From positions 895-64,894 of the forward strand of contig CAZAZD010000005.1 of the NCBI GenBank assembly GCA_964489535.1: 64,000 nucleotides of DNA. Direction: 5' to 3'. Source of the DNA: an uncultured Isosphaeraceae bacterium. GTDB lineage: Bacteria; Planctomycetota; Phycisphaerae; Phycisphaerales; SM1A02. A program made the translations under genes and the position numbers. The notes under the pieces were generated by a model. It made no database searches and had not been told where the DNA came from. It was given only the letters and a program-made list of their open reading frames with translations. Each line of letters starts with the position of its first letter. The stretch's first letter is position 1. This document shows, piece after piece, positions 29,067 to 38,407 of the stretch.

Positions 29067-29184
29067 TTTAGTTAGGGTGGCTTCCTTGCCACCAGAGAGA
29101 CAAGCCCTAAGTAGAATAATCTTTTCACTTTTTAATATTTTTTTTCTTTGAATGAAATTGTCCCATCAGCCCCTTATCAAAAAG

Positions 29185-29203
29185 AACCAGCGGAGTGCTG
29201 GTT
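29185..29203 (-). terminator. Hairpin plus U-run on the minus strand (candidate terminator of the ClC transcript)
   Basis: AACCAGC-ggagt-GCTGGTT. On the minus strand it is followed by CTTTTTGA. Confidence 0.35.
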
Positions 29204-29227
29204 TCTCAACATGACAGGAAGTCGCCC

Positions 29228-29539
29228 ATGATCGCCGACACATCACCACTTGGCCATATCGGTCCCACATCGTTACCAACGAACAAAACAAATAACATTC
29301 GGCTCCAAACCGATCAATACAACGATCGGCTTGGTACGTTTTTCTCAAGTCTATCGTGGACTGACAGGCAGGTTCTTGCGTTACATTTTGCAGAACGATT
29401 GTCTCCGTGGGAAATACACGTTGTCCTCAGCATGTCTATGAGTGATGTACTTTGCAGAATTCAACGACTTAGAAAAATAGCTCGAGAATCAATTCAAGCG
29501 TCACAACGAGGTGATTCTCCGCAGCTCTCTTTAAAGTAA
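29228..29539 (+). CDS. Small protein with a sigma-70 region-4-like HTH only
   Basis: LSWTDRQVLALHFAERLSPWEIHVVLSMSMSDVLCRIQRLRKIARE matches the ECF sigma region 4.2 pattern. The ATG at 29228 is preceded by AGGAAG. The ORF track starts at a GTG at 29195. Confidence 0.5.
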   Translation: MIADTSPLGHIGPTSLPTNKTNNIRLQTDQYNDRLGTFFSSLSWTDRQVLALHFAERLSPWEIHVVLSMSMSDVLCRIQRLRKIARESIQASQRGDSPQLSLK

Positions 29540-30801
29540 TTGTTTGCAAGCGCAACGTATATTGAACAACTGCAAAAACGTTTAGAAACTAGATACGCAA
29601 TCAGCGCACCTGCAAGCATTGGCATCGTTGCGTGAATTGAATCAGTCATCTCAACCATGATTACAACCGCGGTAACTGGGCTCTGTACAACTGCTGCAAA
29701 AAAACACGCCATCGCAATCATCATGATGAGATTCGCATCAACGTTTGCAGCCCACTCGAAGTTGTGAATAATATTTGTAAACCATTGCCCAAAGCCAGCA
29801 CCCGCTGAAAGTGATGGATCAAACAAGCCACCGGGAATTCCACTCATTAAAGTCAATGCAGTGGCAACCATCCGTAACGGTGCGTAATACCAAGAAAATT
29901 CTTCGCCTCGCATCAACATCGATTGCGCTTCGGAGAATCCAGTGCCGAGTGTTTGTCCTGATGACAACCACCCAACAAACCCAATAGCCAAGCCAATCGT
30001 CATGGGAACAATAAACGGTCGACGTAGCATTACGCTTGCCACCCTCGGATATACACACACAATAATGTGCGAAAAGAGACCCCCACATACGCCCATGATT
30101 CCAGCAATCACAGGGACAAAAACCCACACTTGCCAAGTATCCGCTGGCACTTCCACTTCCCCGTAAAACCAATAGTCACCAAAGAATCCAATGCACACTC
30201 CGCAAGCAACCAAAACGACGCCGATCGTGATGCCGAGACTTCGTTTGTCGAAAGACCTTCCTATCTCCTCAATTGAAAAAACAATGCCTGCAATTGGAGC
30301 GTTGAACGCTGCAGCAATTCCCGCTGCACCCCCAGCAAGAATTAATCCACGCTGCGCAATATGCTGTGGAACCACAACAATTTTCCTGCAAAAATACATG
30401 ATGCATGCACTCGCCTGCACCGTTGGTCCTTCCCGACCCATCGATGCTCCGCTAAAAAGCCCAAGAGTTGTCAACATTATTTTGCCAAGCAAAATTCTAG
30501 GTGACAACATTTTGTTTCTTTCAGATTCTTTGTTCCTGTCAAGCGCTGCAATTGTCTGTGGGATGCCTGTCCCTTCAGTCCCTTGAAAAAAAGAAACCCG
30601 CAACAAAGTGACAACGGTTAAGCCGATTGCCGGCAACAAATAAAGTAACCACGAACATTGCTCCATGAACTTATCGTGGACAGTTTCAGACAGTTCTCCC
30701 ATATATGCGAAATAAAAAGCGACTAACCCGACCAAGCCAGCTGCGAGCAAAAGGACAACCCAAGCACGCAGAGACACCCATGTTGTTGCCTTACACGTCA
30801 T
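29494..30801 (-). CDS. ClC-family voltage-gated chloride channel / H+-Cl- antiporter
   Basis: GREGPTVQ, GIPGGLFDPS and GAAGIAAAFNAPIAG selectivity-filter motifs in a polytopic protein. Confidence 0.9.
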   Translation of the reverse strand: MTCKATTWVSLRAWVVLLLAAGLVGLVAFYFAYMGELSETVHDKFMEQCSWLLYLLPAIGLTVVTLLRVSFFQGTEGTGIPQTIAALDRNKESERNKMLSPRILLGKIMLTTLGLFSGASMGREGPTVQASACIMYFCRKIVVVPQHIAQRGLILAGGAAGIAAAFNAPIAGIVFSIEEIGRSFDKRSLGITIGVVLVACGVCIGFFGDYWFYGEVEVPADTWQVWVFVPVIAGIMGVCGGLFSHIIVCVYPRVASVMLRRPFIVPMTIGLAIGFVGWLSSGQTLGTGFSEAQSMLMRGEEFSWYYAPLRMVATALTLMSGIPGGLFDPSLSAGAGFGQWFTNIIHNFEWAANVDANLIMMIAMACFFAAVVQSPVTAVVIMVEMTDSIHATMPMLAGALIAYLVSKRFCSCSIYVALANNYFKESCGESPRCDA

Positions 30802-30804
30802 GCA

Positions 30805-31335
30805 TTAATGCGCGGGGGCGTGCCGAAAAAACCAACCCAACGAGAATAGGTAAGACCCGCTTAATAAAAAGTTAATTCCAAGGAACAACCCAATAATTTC
30901 ATAGGAACTTGGCCACATAGCAAGCATCATCACACCGAGCATGATGCCGATGAGTCCACTGAAAAACGCCAAGCCCCAGTGGTTTGAATGCCCGCCAGAA
31001 GAACGCAGCGCCATTGACGAGGATATTTCTGCAAAGCCAGACATCAAAAAGAATATTGCAAGTACAACGGTAATTGTCGCAAGTGCAGGCGAAGGCATCA
31101 GTAGAAAAATCAATCCAAAGATAACTGCCACTAATCCACCACCCAATGAAACTGGTTTGCGCGGTCCTGTTTGTGAGGTTGCTCCACCTAAAAGCGCAAC
31201 ACCCCCCACAAAAAGAAGAAGCCAGCCAATAAACATCACGACTGCTTCTGCTGCAATGCCCGGCTGGGCAATAGCAAAAACGCCAAGAACGAAGAGAATA
31301 AACCCCTCAACAATAAACCATTTCCAATTAATCAT
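30805..31335 (-). CDS. HdeD/DUF308-family membrane protein
   Basis: 176 aa with six predicted TM helices in a repeated pattern. It sits directly upstream of and co-oriented with the ClC gene. Confidence 0.65.
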   Translation of the reverse strand: MINWKWFIVEGFILFVLGVFAIAQPGIAAEAVVMFIGWLLLFVGGVALLGGATSQTGPRKPVSLGGGLVAVIFGLIFLLMPSPALATITVVLAIFFLMSGFAEISSSMALRSSGGHSNHWGLAFFSGLIGIMLGVMMLAMWPSSYEIIGLFLGINFLLSGSYLFSLGWFFRHAPAH

Positions 31336-31383
31336 GCATGGAATGGTACACAGAAAGTTACACGTGTGTCTACAATCGAAATC

Positions 31384-32433
31384 ATGAACGGCAAACTTAT
31401 CGATTTACGCAGCGATACCGTGACCAATCCCACCCAAGCAATGCTTGAAGCAATGACGAAATCGCCCGTTGGCGACGACGTTTGGGGCGACGATCCAACT
31501 GTAAATGCATTACAAGAACGTTGCGCATATATGTTCGGCAAAGAGGACGCTTGCTTTGTTCCCTCTGGAACAATGGCAAACCAGCTTGCTATCCGTGCAC
31601 AAACACAACCCGGCGATGAGATTATCATTCACAGTGAAAGTCATGTGGTGCGGTATGAAGGTGGAGCGGCTGCTGCATTGAGCGGATGTAGTTTCGCTAT
31701 TGCTCAAGGAGAACGAGGTTTTTTCACCTCTGACGATGTGCGAGAACTGTTCCGACCGCAAGATTTTCACTTCGGCCGAAGCCGTCTCGTCTCATTAGAA
31801 AACACACACAACCGAGGTGGTGGCTCAATTTGGCCATTGCAACAATTAGAAGATGTGTGCCAAACTGCCCATGAACTAGGATTAAAAACACACCTCGATG
31901 GAGCAAGGGTTTGGCACGCAATCGTTGAAACCGGCATCGACGCTGCAACGTGGGCAGCGCCCTTCAGCACTATTTCCGCATGTTTTTCTAAGGGTCTTGG
32001 CTGCCCCGCTGGATCAGTTGTCGTTGGCGATTCAACAACTATTCATGAAGTAAGGCGGTTCAGAAAGATGTTTGGTGGAGCAATGCGCCAAACGGGCATC
32101 CTCGCCGGAGCAGCGATGTTCGCCCTTGACAATCAACTTGAACGATTAAAAACCGATCATACCCATGCAAAAATGCTTGCAAAGGGGCTTCAGGTCATTG
32201 AGGGCATTACTTGCGACACAACGAAGATAGACAGCAATCTTGTCTTCTTCGATATCGATAAAATGCTTGGAGACGGCACCGATTTGTGCCGAAAACTGTG
32301 GGAGAACGGAGTTTTAGCTGAAGCACTTGATTCGCAACGGATTCGGTACGTAACACACCTCGATGTTACACAATTAGAAATCGAGCGCGCGATTCAAATA
32401 ACTGCAGACGTTTGTAAACATGTCTCAATGTAA
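31384..32433 (+). CDS. ltaE: Low-specificity L-threonine aldolase
   Basis: IDLRSDTVTNPTQAMLEAM...GDDVWGDDPTVNALQ...FVPSGTMANQLA. The ORF track offers an earlier GTG at 31366. Confidence 0.9.
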   Translation: MNGKLIDLRSDTVTNPTQAMLEAMTKSPVGDDVWGDDPTVNALQERCAYMFGKEDACFVPSGTMANQLAIRAQTQPGDEIIIHSESHVVRYEGGAAAALSGCSFAIAQGERGFFTSDDVRELFRPQDFHFGRSRLVSLENTHNRGGGSIWPLQQLEDVCQTAHELGLKTHLDGARVWHAIVETGIDAATWAAPFSTISACFSKGLGCPAGSVVVGDSTTIHEVRRFRKMFGGAMRQTGILAGAAMFALDNQLERLKTDHTHAKMLAKGLQVIEGITCDTTKIDSNLVFFDIDKMLGDGTDLCRKLWENGVLAEALDSQRIRYVTHLDVTQLEIERAIQITADVCKHVSM

Positions 32434-33277
32434 AGCAATCATTATTGGACTCTCACTCACCGCAATCACGAGCGGCGCTTTTGCGTTTGGGAAAAAATCT
32501 TTTGTATGGAATGACATAAACACGCGCGAGGTTCTTCGTTGGGAAGGCGATACCGCTGTTGTGCAACAAGGAAGCTCCATGCAAGAACTTGCTTGCAGCG
32601 TTACTATCGATCAATCAGAAGTTGATGTCGCAGTTAGTTCTTTTGGTATCCCAAAAACATGGACAACATTCATGTACGCCGATGAGAAGGATCTTGCACG
32701 ACAACAGAAAGAGTTAAAAGTAAAAGCTGCAAAGCACGGCATTAAAATGCTTGAAGAAGGCAATCGATTCACAATAGACTACAACTGGGTCATCAATCAA
32801 AACGAAAGTACGATTACAGAAATTGCAAAGAGGATTCGAAGTACCGCACGAAGAAATGGATACCGTTCAAAACGAGAACTCATCGGGGCTTTTGCATCGT
32901 TTGTGCAATCACTGAAATATCGTGTCCCGCGTGATCATCGAATAAATAGCAAGAATGAAATAATTCTTACTGCAGGTGCAATGATGCCATTGGAAACTTT
33001 ATCCATGGGATGGGGGGACTGTGATTCTAAAAGCATGCTCTTCGCAGCGCTCGTTCAAAGCATCGGTCTTGTCGATGTTTGTTTTATTGTGATGGATGAA
33101 CATTTATTTGCTGCCGTACAATTAAGACACAACCAAGATGACCAATTCATAAAACACAAAGGGAAAGACTGGGTTTTAATCGAACTTACAGATGCTTGGC
33201 CAATCGGCCGACTTCCACAAGACCGTCTTCATGGTGTCATTTTTGGCAACTACACTACAGTTAATCTTGAAAACTGA
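32420..33277 (+). CDS. Secreted hypothetical protein with a possible transglutaminase-like Cys-His-Asp/Glu core
   Basis: Signal peptide. GWGDCDSKSMLFAALVQSIGL...EHLFAAV...WVLIELTD resembles the papain/transglutaminase-fold arrangement. Weak, by-eye call. Confidence 0.35.
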   Translation: MSQCKAIIIGLSLTAITSGAFAFGKKSFVWNDINTREVLRWEGDTAVVQQGSSMQELACSVTIDQSEVDVAVSSFGIPKTWTTFMYADEKDLARQQKELKVKAAKHGIKMLEEGNRFTIDYNWVINQNESTITEIAKRIRSTARRNGYRSKRELIGAFASFVQSLKYRVPRDHRINSKNEIILTAGAMMPLETLSMGWGDCDSKSMLFAALVQSIGLVDVCFIVMDEHLFAAVQLRHNQDDQFIKHKGKDWVLIELTDAWPIGRLPQDRLHGVIFGNYTTVNLEN

Positions 33278-33287
33278 TTCAATCTTT

Positions 33288-34193
33288 ATGAACAGCAAGA
33301 AACTCGAGTTAATAGCAAGAAAGTTACCTCCAAGCGTTACGCGTTTAGGCAAACGGTTTGCTGTAAAACTAAGAGCAAAAGATCAACTCAATGCATGTAG
33401 AGATGGTTTTGCAAAATACGGAGACAGGTACCCTCAGCCAATTCTATTCATTGCTGGCTTACCAAAAAGCGGGTCGACTTGGATTGAAAAAATGGTTGCA
33501 AGTTACGAGGGCTACCACGAGTTTCTGTTGCCAGCAATTGCAAAACATGAATTGGATACTGGCGGCAGCCATGACTTTGAAATGCCTGCAGACATGTTTG
33601 ACAGCATGAAAGACGTGTTGGTATTGACAAAAATGCACAGCCACGGTTCTGTCAACAACGTCAGAGTGTTAGAAGACGCAGGCATCAACTACGTTATTTT
33701 ACACCGTGATCTTCGTGACGTTGCGGTGAGTTACCATTTCTATGTGCACAACACACCATGGCACCCCGAACATAAACTACATCACAATAAAAGTGTGCAA
33801 GAAGGTCTTGCTGTTTTTGGACACCGAATGCTTCCTGCTTATATCGATTGGGTTCGTTCTTGGAAAAAGAATGCAAATCCAGCGCACTCCGTTCAACTTC
33901 GTTACGAAGATATGCTTGTTGATCCAATTGCCGGCATGACTAAAGTTGCAACCCTTTTTGAGTTAGACAATTCTATGGAAACGGTTACAAAAATTGTTGA
34001 ATCGCACAGTTTTAAAAAAATGAGCGGTGGCAGAGAGAGTGGAGACTCGTCAAGTTCTTCCTTTGCGAGAAAGGGAGTTGCCGGTGACTGGAAAAATCAC
34101 TTCACTCCCAAACTGCGCAAGCAATATGGCGAATTACTATCGAATTTTCTCATTGAAAATGACTACGAAACCAATGACGCATGGATAGCCTAA
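33288..34193 (+). CDS. PAPS-dependent sulfotransferase-domain protein
   Basis: GLPKSGSTW (5-prime PSB loop) and HRDLRDVAVS (3-prime PB motif). ATG at 33288. Confidence 0.8.
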   Translation: MNSKKLELIARKLPPSVTRLGKRFAVKLRAKDQLNACRDGFAKYGDRYPQPILFIAGLPKSGSTWIEKMVASYEGYHEFLLPAIAKHELDTGGSHDFEMPADMFDSMKDVLVLTKMHSHGSVNNVRVLEDAGINYVILHRDLRDVAVSYHFYVHNTPWHPEHKLHHNKSVQEGLAVFGHRMLPAYIDWVRSWKKNANPAHSVQLRYEDMLVDPIAGMTKVATLFELDNSMETVTKIVESHSFKKMSGGRESGDSSSSSFARKGVAGDWKNHFTPKLRKQYGELLSNFLIENDYETNDAWIA

Positions 34194-34210
34194 GAAAGCA
34201 GTACTTAACC

Positions 34211-35374
34211 ATGAAATTATTACATTACTTCCCAACAACTCGCTTTACTGAAGGCGGAACCGTTCGCGCAGCAATCGATTTCTGTTCCGTTCTAGCGCGC
34301 AGAGGTCACGATGTGACTTGGTTAACATGCGACGATGCCGACGTTCCACAATCATGGAAAGACAACGAGCCAAACACCCCAACGATAGAGTTACTAGGAT
34401 CTCTTCAAAAAACCGGCAAGCGATTAACAAAACAACAAATTGCAAGGGCTGCTGAGGTTGCAAGTGGCATGGACGTAACACATATCCACGCAATGTGGAT
34501 GCCTTCAAATCCACAGATGGCGAAAGCGTGCGACTCTGTAGGAACACCTTGGGTACTCAGCACTCATGGCATGCTTGACGACTGGTGCATGGAACAACGA
34601 GGATTAAAAAAGAAATTCTATCTTTCAACCGCAGGACGTATTTTAATCCGCGGTGCGAATACATTTTTAACAACTGCAGAAGCTGAAAAAAGCCAATCTG
34701 AAAAATGGCTAAAACATGAGAACATTGCTGTTATCCCCTACGTCGTAGATCTTAATCCATACAAAGATGTCCCAAGTCCACAAGAGGCGATCGAAGAGTA
34801 TGGTCTTTCGGAAGAGCCAACTGTGTTGTTCTTAAGTCGTGTCCACGAAAAGAAATCAATCGAAACATTAATTGATGCAACCGCCATCTTAAAAGAACGG
34901 GGATATCCCACACGTGTCTTCATAGCAGGCACTGGAGAAGATTCTTATATCAAATCCCTACAAGATCGAGCTAGCGCTGCTGGAATTAGTGAACAAATAA
35001 CCTTCTTGGGCATGGTTGTTGGCGATTTAAAACTTTCGCTCTACGCAATGGCTGATGTCTTTGCATTGCCAACGCAACAGGAAAACTTTGGGCTCGTCTA
35101 TCCAGAAGCGATGCTCTGCGAGACCCCAGCAATTGGGACCAAGGGAACCGACATCTGGAAGGAATTAGAGGAGGGCGGCGCTGTAATAGCTGACCGAACC
35201 CCAGAAGCGTTTGCTGATGCAATCGAAACGCTAACCTCAGACAAGGAACTCCTCAAAAGAAAAGGCGTCGAAGGTAGAAAACACATTCTTCAATGGTTAG
35301 ATACCGATAGTGTTGCAGAACGGTATGAGGGAATGTACAAAGCCGCCGCTAGCGAACGCTTATTGAAAACGTAA
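34211..35374 (+). CDS. Glycosyltransferase family 4 (GT-B, GT1 clan)
   Basis: TEGGTVRAAIDF N-terminal motif and the C-terminal EX7E region QENFGLVYPEAMLCETPAI. Confidence 0.85.
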   Translation: MKLLHYFPTTRFTEGGTVRAAIDFCSVLARRGHDVTWLTCDDADVPQSWKDNEPNTPTIELLGSLQKTGKRLTKQQIARAAEVASGMDVTHIHAMWMPSNPQMAKACDSVGTPWVLSTHGMLDDWCMEQRGLKKKFYLSTAGRILIRGANTFLTTAEAEKSQSEKWLKHENIAVIPYVVDLNPYKDVPSPQEAIEEYGLSEEPTVLFLSRVHEKKSIETLIDATAILKERGYPTRVFIAGTGEDSYIKSLQDRASAAGISEQITFLGMVVGDLKLSLYAMADVFALPTQQENFGLVYPEAMLCETPAIGTKGTDIWKELEEGGAVIADRTPEAFADAIETLTSDKELLKRKGVEGRKHILQWLDTDSVAERYEGMYKAAASERLLKT

Positions 35375-35747
35375 CTACCCGCGTCGGGGCTGCGTTTTCT
35401 TCCCATGGTCTTTGGTAAGAAAATGTTACTTTTGCATTCCCCTTTTGGTGGGTCATAAGTGTCCATGTTGTTTCACCACCTACACCAACTCGATTGCTTG
35501 CATCGGCTACATATTTGTTTGACTCAACAGAAACGATTGTTCCATTATCAACTGTGCTGTTCCAGGAATAGCCCGTTGTTGGGTTGCTCGGCAGCACAAT
35601 ATGAAATAGGTGATTTTGAGGAAGAACTATTTCTCGATCTGTGTCGGATGTAGTGAGTGGTTTGCTCAATGCATTACTTGCTTCCTTTGAGAACATTGAG
35701 CAGGAAGCAAAGAGTGAGAAACATATAATTGCAATAAGAGTTTTCAT
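35349..35747 (-). CDS. Chagasin-family (I42) cysteine peptidase inhibitor, lipoprotein
   Basis: All three family loops are present: NPTTGYSW, GVGG and RPW. Lipobox LFASCS. Confidence 0.8.
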   Translation of the reverse strand: MKTLIAIICFSLFASCSMFSKEASNALSKPLTTSDTDREIVLPQNHLFHIVLPSNPTTGYSWNSTVDNGTIVSVESNKYVADASNRVGVGGETTWTLMTHQKGNAKVTFSYQRPWEENAAPTRVVTFSISVR

Positions 35748-35771
35748 GTAGTCAGCATACCACCTCTAGCA

Positions 35772-37058
35772 TTACTCGTCACCAGGAACTCGACTTCCGT
35801 GTGGGTCTTTCTTTGCATCCACGAGTGAAGACTGCATCGATGGAGTCGTTATGTGTTCCAATCGCTCTGCGGATTGATGCAGTTGGTGGGTGTCTTGTGG
35901 AAAATGTTTGTCTAAATACACTTCCCACAATCGGTGTGTGCGGACTAAATTTGTCGCTCGAACTCTACCGACATCTGTCAATGACCACCCCGCGGCATCA
36001 CCTGAAATTGCATTCCTTTTTTGCAAACCAAACAACGCAAGTCGAATCATTATTGTCGTTGTACCAATTGCCTCTGACAACTGCACTGGAAGCAACTTCT
36101 GCTGTCCTCGTTCTTCCAACCGCCACAAAACACCAAGAATATCTTCACGAACAACAAGCAGGCGAACTGAAAGCCGATGATATATCTTTGAAATCACTCC
36201 GTGATTCGGCGATGCAACCCACGCTGCCATAAACAAGATGCCTGTTGCAACTGCCATTGCGCCGGCTGTGCTTGTTCCTGAAAAACCAAACCACGTCGGA
36301 ATAGTAATTGCCGAAAGATGTCCAAGGACAGTGGCAACAATCGATAATCCAATTGCAAGCATAAACAGTATGCCGTAGCGATCTGTTAATAAGTACGCAG
36401 TTGCTGGAGGAACAATAAACATCGCAACAACAAGAATGGAACCAACTGTTTCAAATGCTGCAACTGCCGTTGCGGCGGTCATCGTCATCAATACATAATG
36501 CATAAAGGTTGGCTGGATGCCCTGTGACTTTGCAAGTGCAGGATCAAACGACGTAATTTTAAACTCCTTGTAAAAAAGAAGCATGACAACAAGATTTGCC
36601 AGCAACATAACACCGTTGACAATCGCTCCGCGAGGTATTCCAAGTCCATCTGGGTCTTGATCAAACCATGCCAACTCTATGGAGCCATACAAAACACAAT
36701 CTGGGTCAATGTCAACATGGTCTACCGCTTGACGCATCAGCACGAGACCAAATGCAAACAGAACGGTAAACACAATGCCCATCGATGCGCCAACTTCTAC
36801 TTTGCCAAGTGACTGAATTGCTTGCACAAGAAATGCCGTGAGCAATCCAACAACGACAGCGCCTATCAGCATAGCCATGGGATCTCGGCTTCCAGTGATT
36901 AAAAACGCAATTGCAATTCCTGGCAACACTGTGTGACTAATGGCATCCCCCATCAAACTCATTCGACGCAACACCAATATGGTTCCGGGAATTGCACAGC
37001 CAGCGGAGCAGAGTGCACCGATAATGACAATCCAAGTGTCTATGATTGACCACGTCAT
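35772..37058 (-). CDS. Metal ABC transporter permease (ABC-3, TroD/MntD-like) fused to a C-terminal DtxR-like domain
   Basis: ABC-3 polytopic core followed by ...LTDVGRVRATNLVRTHRLWEVYL...HQSAERLEHI...DPHGSRVPG (DtxR dimerisation/metal-site pattern). Confidence 0.85.
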   Translation of the reverse strand: MTWSIIDTWIVIIGALCSAGCAIPGTILVLRRMSLMGDAISHTVLPGIAIAFLITGSRDPMAMLIGAVVVGLLTAFLVQAIQSLGKVEVGASMGIVFTVLFAFGLVLMRQAVDHVDIDPDCVLYGSIELAWFDQDPDGLGIPRGAIVNGVMLLANLVVMLLFYKEFKITSFDPALAKSQGIQPTFMHYVLMTMTAATAVAAFETVGSILVVAMFIVPPATAYLLTDRYGILFMLAIGLSIVATVLGHLSAITIPTWFGFSGTSTAGAMAVATGILFMAAWVASPNHGVISKIYHRLSVRLLVVREDILGVLWRLEERGQQKLLPVQLSEAIGTTTIMIRLALFGLQKRNAISGDAAGWSLTDVGRVRATNLVRTHRLWEVYLDKHFPQDTHQLHQSAERLEHITTPSMQSSLVDAKKDPHGSRVPGDE

Positions 37059-38407
37059 TCGCTTCCACCAATCGGGTGTGGGCTCTTTGGTATTGTCGTT
37101 GCATCAAGTAACGTCTCAAGTTTTGCAACAAGATTTCTTCCAAGCACGTGCTCTATCATGTCAGCGTCTCGGTCAACGTGGGTTGGTGCGATGTCAGCGT
37201 ATGTAATTAAATACATCTCCCATAACCGGTGATTACGAACCACTCTCGATGCTTCTGCTGCACCCTTTTCAGTCAATCGCCACTTATTCGCTGATGCTCG
37301 TGTCGCATAATTGTACTTGCTACAACGCGAAAGTAGATTCGTGACCGACCGTTTACTCCAAGAGCGAACACGGATAACTTCTTCTAATGTAAATTCAGAA
37401 TCGTGCCCACCTTCGCACACCTCCCACATTGCTCGAAGAATATGTTGCATGGCAATCCGCCTCTTTAAACGCAAACGTAAAACTTGGCGAACAAATAGAC
37501 CATCATTTGGTCCCAGAACAAAACTCACTACAAACCAAAATCCGCAAATCAGAACAATAATCGGTCCTGTTGGCATTCGTGGAATAAGTGCGCTGACTAC
37601 TGCTCCAAGCCAACCACTTAAACAACCAATTACCGCTGCTGCGAGTAGCATCGATGTAATTTTTTTTGTCCAGTACCTTGCACACGCTGCGGGAATAATC
37701 AGCATCGCAACTGCAAGCACAAGTCCAACTGATTGCAGAGCAATAACCGTCACAATTGCAACCATTGCCATCAACATGACATCAAGCCAAACCACTGGCC
37801 ATCCCTGCACTGCACCAAACGTTTCATCAAAACAAAGTAGCGTCCATTCTTTGCGAAGCACCATTGTCATGGTTGCGATTGAAAGCGCAGCAACACCCAT
37901 TGCAATGGCATCACTTGCAACCATCGAGGCGGCTTTACCAAATATAAATCCATTCAAACCCGCCGCGCTTCCACTTGGCAATTCGGTCGCGATTCGAAGC
38001 AAGCAAAGCCCCAAACCAAACAATACACTCAGCACGATGCCAATCGCGGCGTCATCTTTTAACCGCGTCGTGTGGCGAATCCCCAGTATTGCAAGAACGC
38101 CAATACAACCAAACACAAACGCACCGAGCAACAATCCCATGAGAGATTTGCCCTCACCGCCAAGTGCCACCATCACCATAAATGAAACGGCAATTCCGGG
38201 AAGAGTTGCATGGCTTAGAGCATCGGCAGTAAGTGCCCGTTTTCTAAGAAGTAAAAACGTTCCAACTAAGCCAGCCGCAATTCCTAGCGCCATAACACCA
38301 AGCACGACAACACGCGTGTTGTAATCTTCGAGCGTAATAACTCGCCAAACTTCTTCAAGGGAAGGCAACGCCATCCGAACATCTGAAATTGAACGGTTCG
38401 CACTCAA
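37055..38407 (-). CDS. Metal ABC transporter permease (ABC-3, TroC/MntC-like) fused to a C-terminal DtxR-like domain
   Basis: ABC-3 core followed by ...LTEKGAAEASRVVRNHRLWEMYL...DRDADMIEHVLG...SPHPIGG. Confidence 0.85.
   Translation of the reverse strand: MSANRSISDVRMALPSLEEVWRVITLEDYNTRVVVLGVMALGIAAGLVGTFLLLRKRALTADALSHATLPGIAVSFMVMVALGGEGKSLMGLLLGAFVFGCIGVLAILGIRHTTRLKDDAAIGIVLSVLFGLGLCLLRIATELPSGSAAGLNGFIFGKAASMVASDAIAMGVAALSIATMTMVLRKEWTLLCFDETFGAVQGWPVVWLDVMLMAMVAIVTVIALQSVGLVLAVAMLIIPAACARYWTKKITSMLLAAAVIGCLSGWLGAVVSALIPRMPTGPIIVLICGFWFVVSFVLGPNDGLFVRQVLRLRLKRRIAMQHILRAMWEVCEGGHDSEFTLEEVIRVRSWSKRSVTNLLSRCSKYNYATRASANKWRLTEKGAAEASRVVRNHRLWEMYLITYADIAPTHVDRDADMIEHVLGRNLVAKLETLLDATTIPKSPHPIGGSE

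Noticed and set aside
28851-29227. Considered RNase P RNA, SRP RNA or 6S RNA in this 377-bp gap
   Set aside because: I could not find the conserved RNase P (GAGGAAAGUCC / ACAGAAA-type) or SRP domain IV motifs. It is retained only as an unclassified sRNA candidate in the findings.
37311-38324. 337-aa plus-strand ORF inside the metal permease gene
   Set aside because: It is antisense to a well-supported ABC-3 permease. The translation is low-complexity (runs of S/T/A/I/P), as expected from the reverse frame of a hydrophobic membrane protein.
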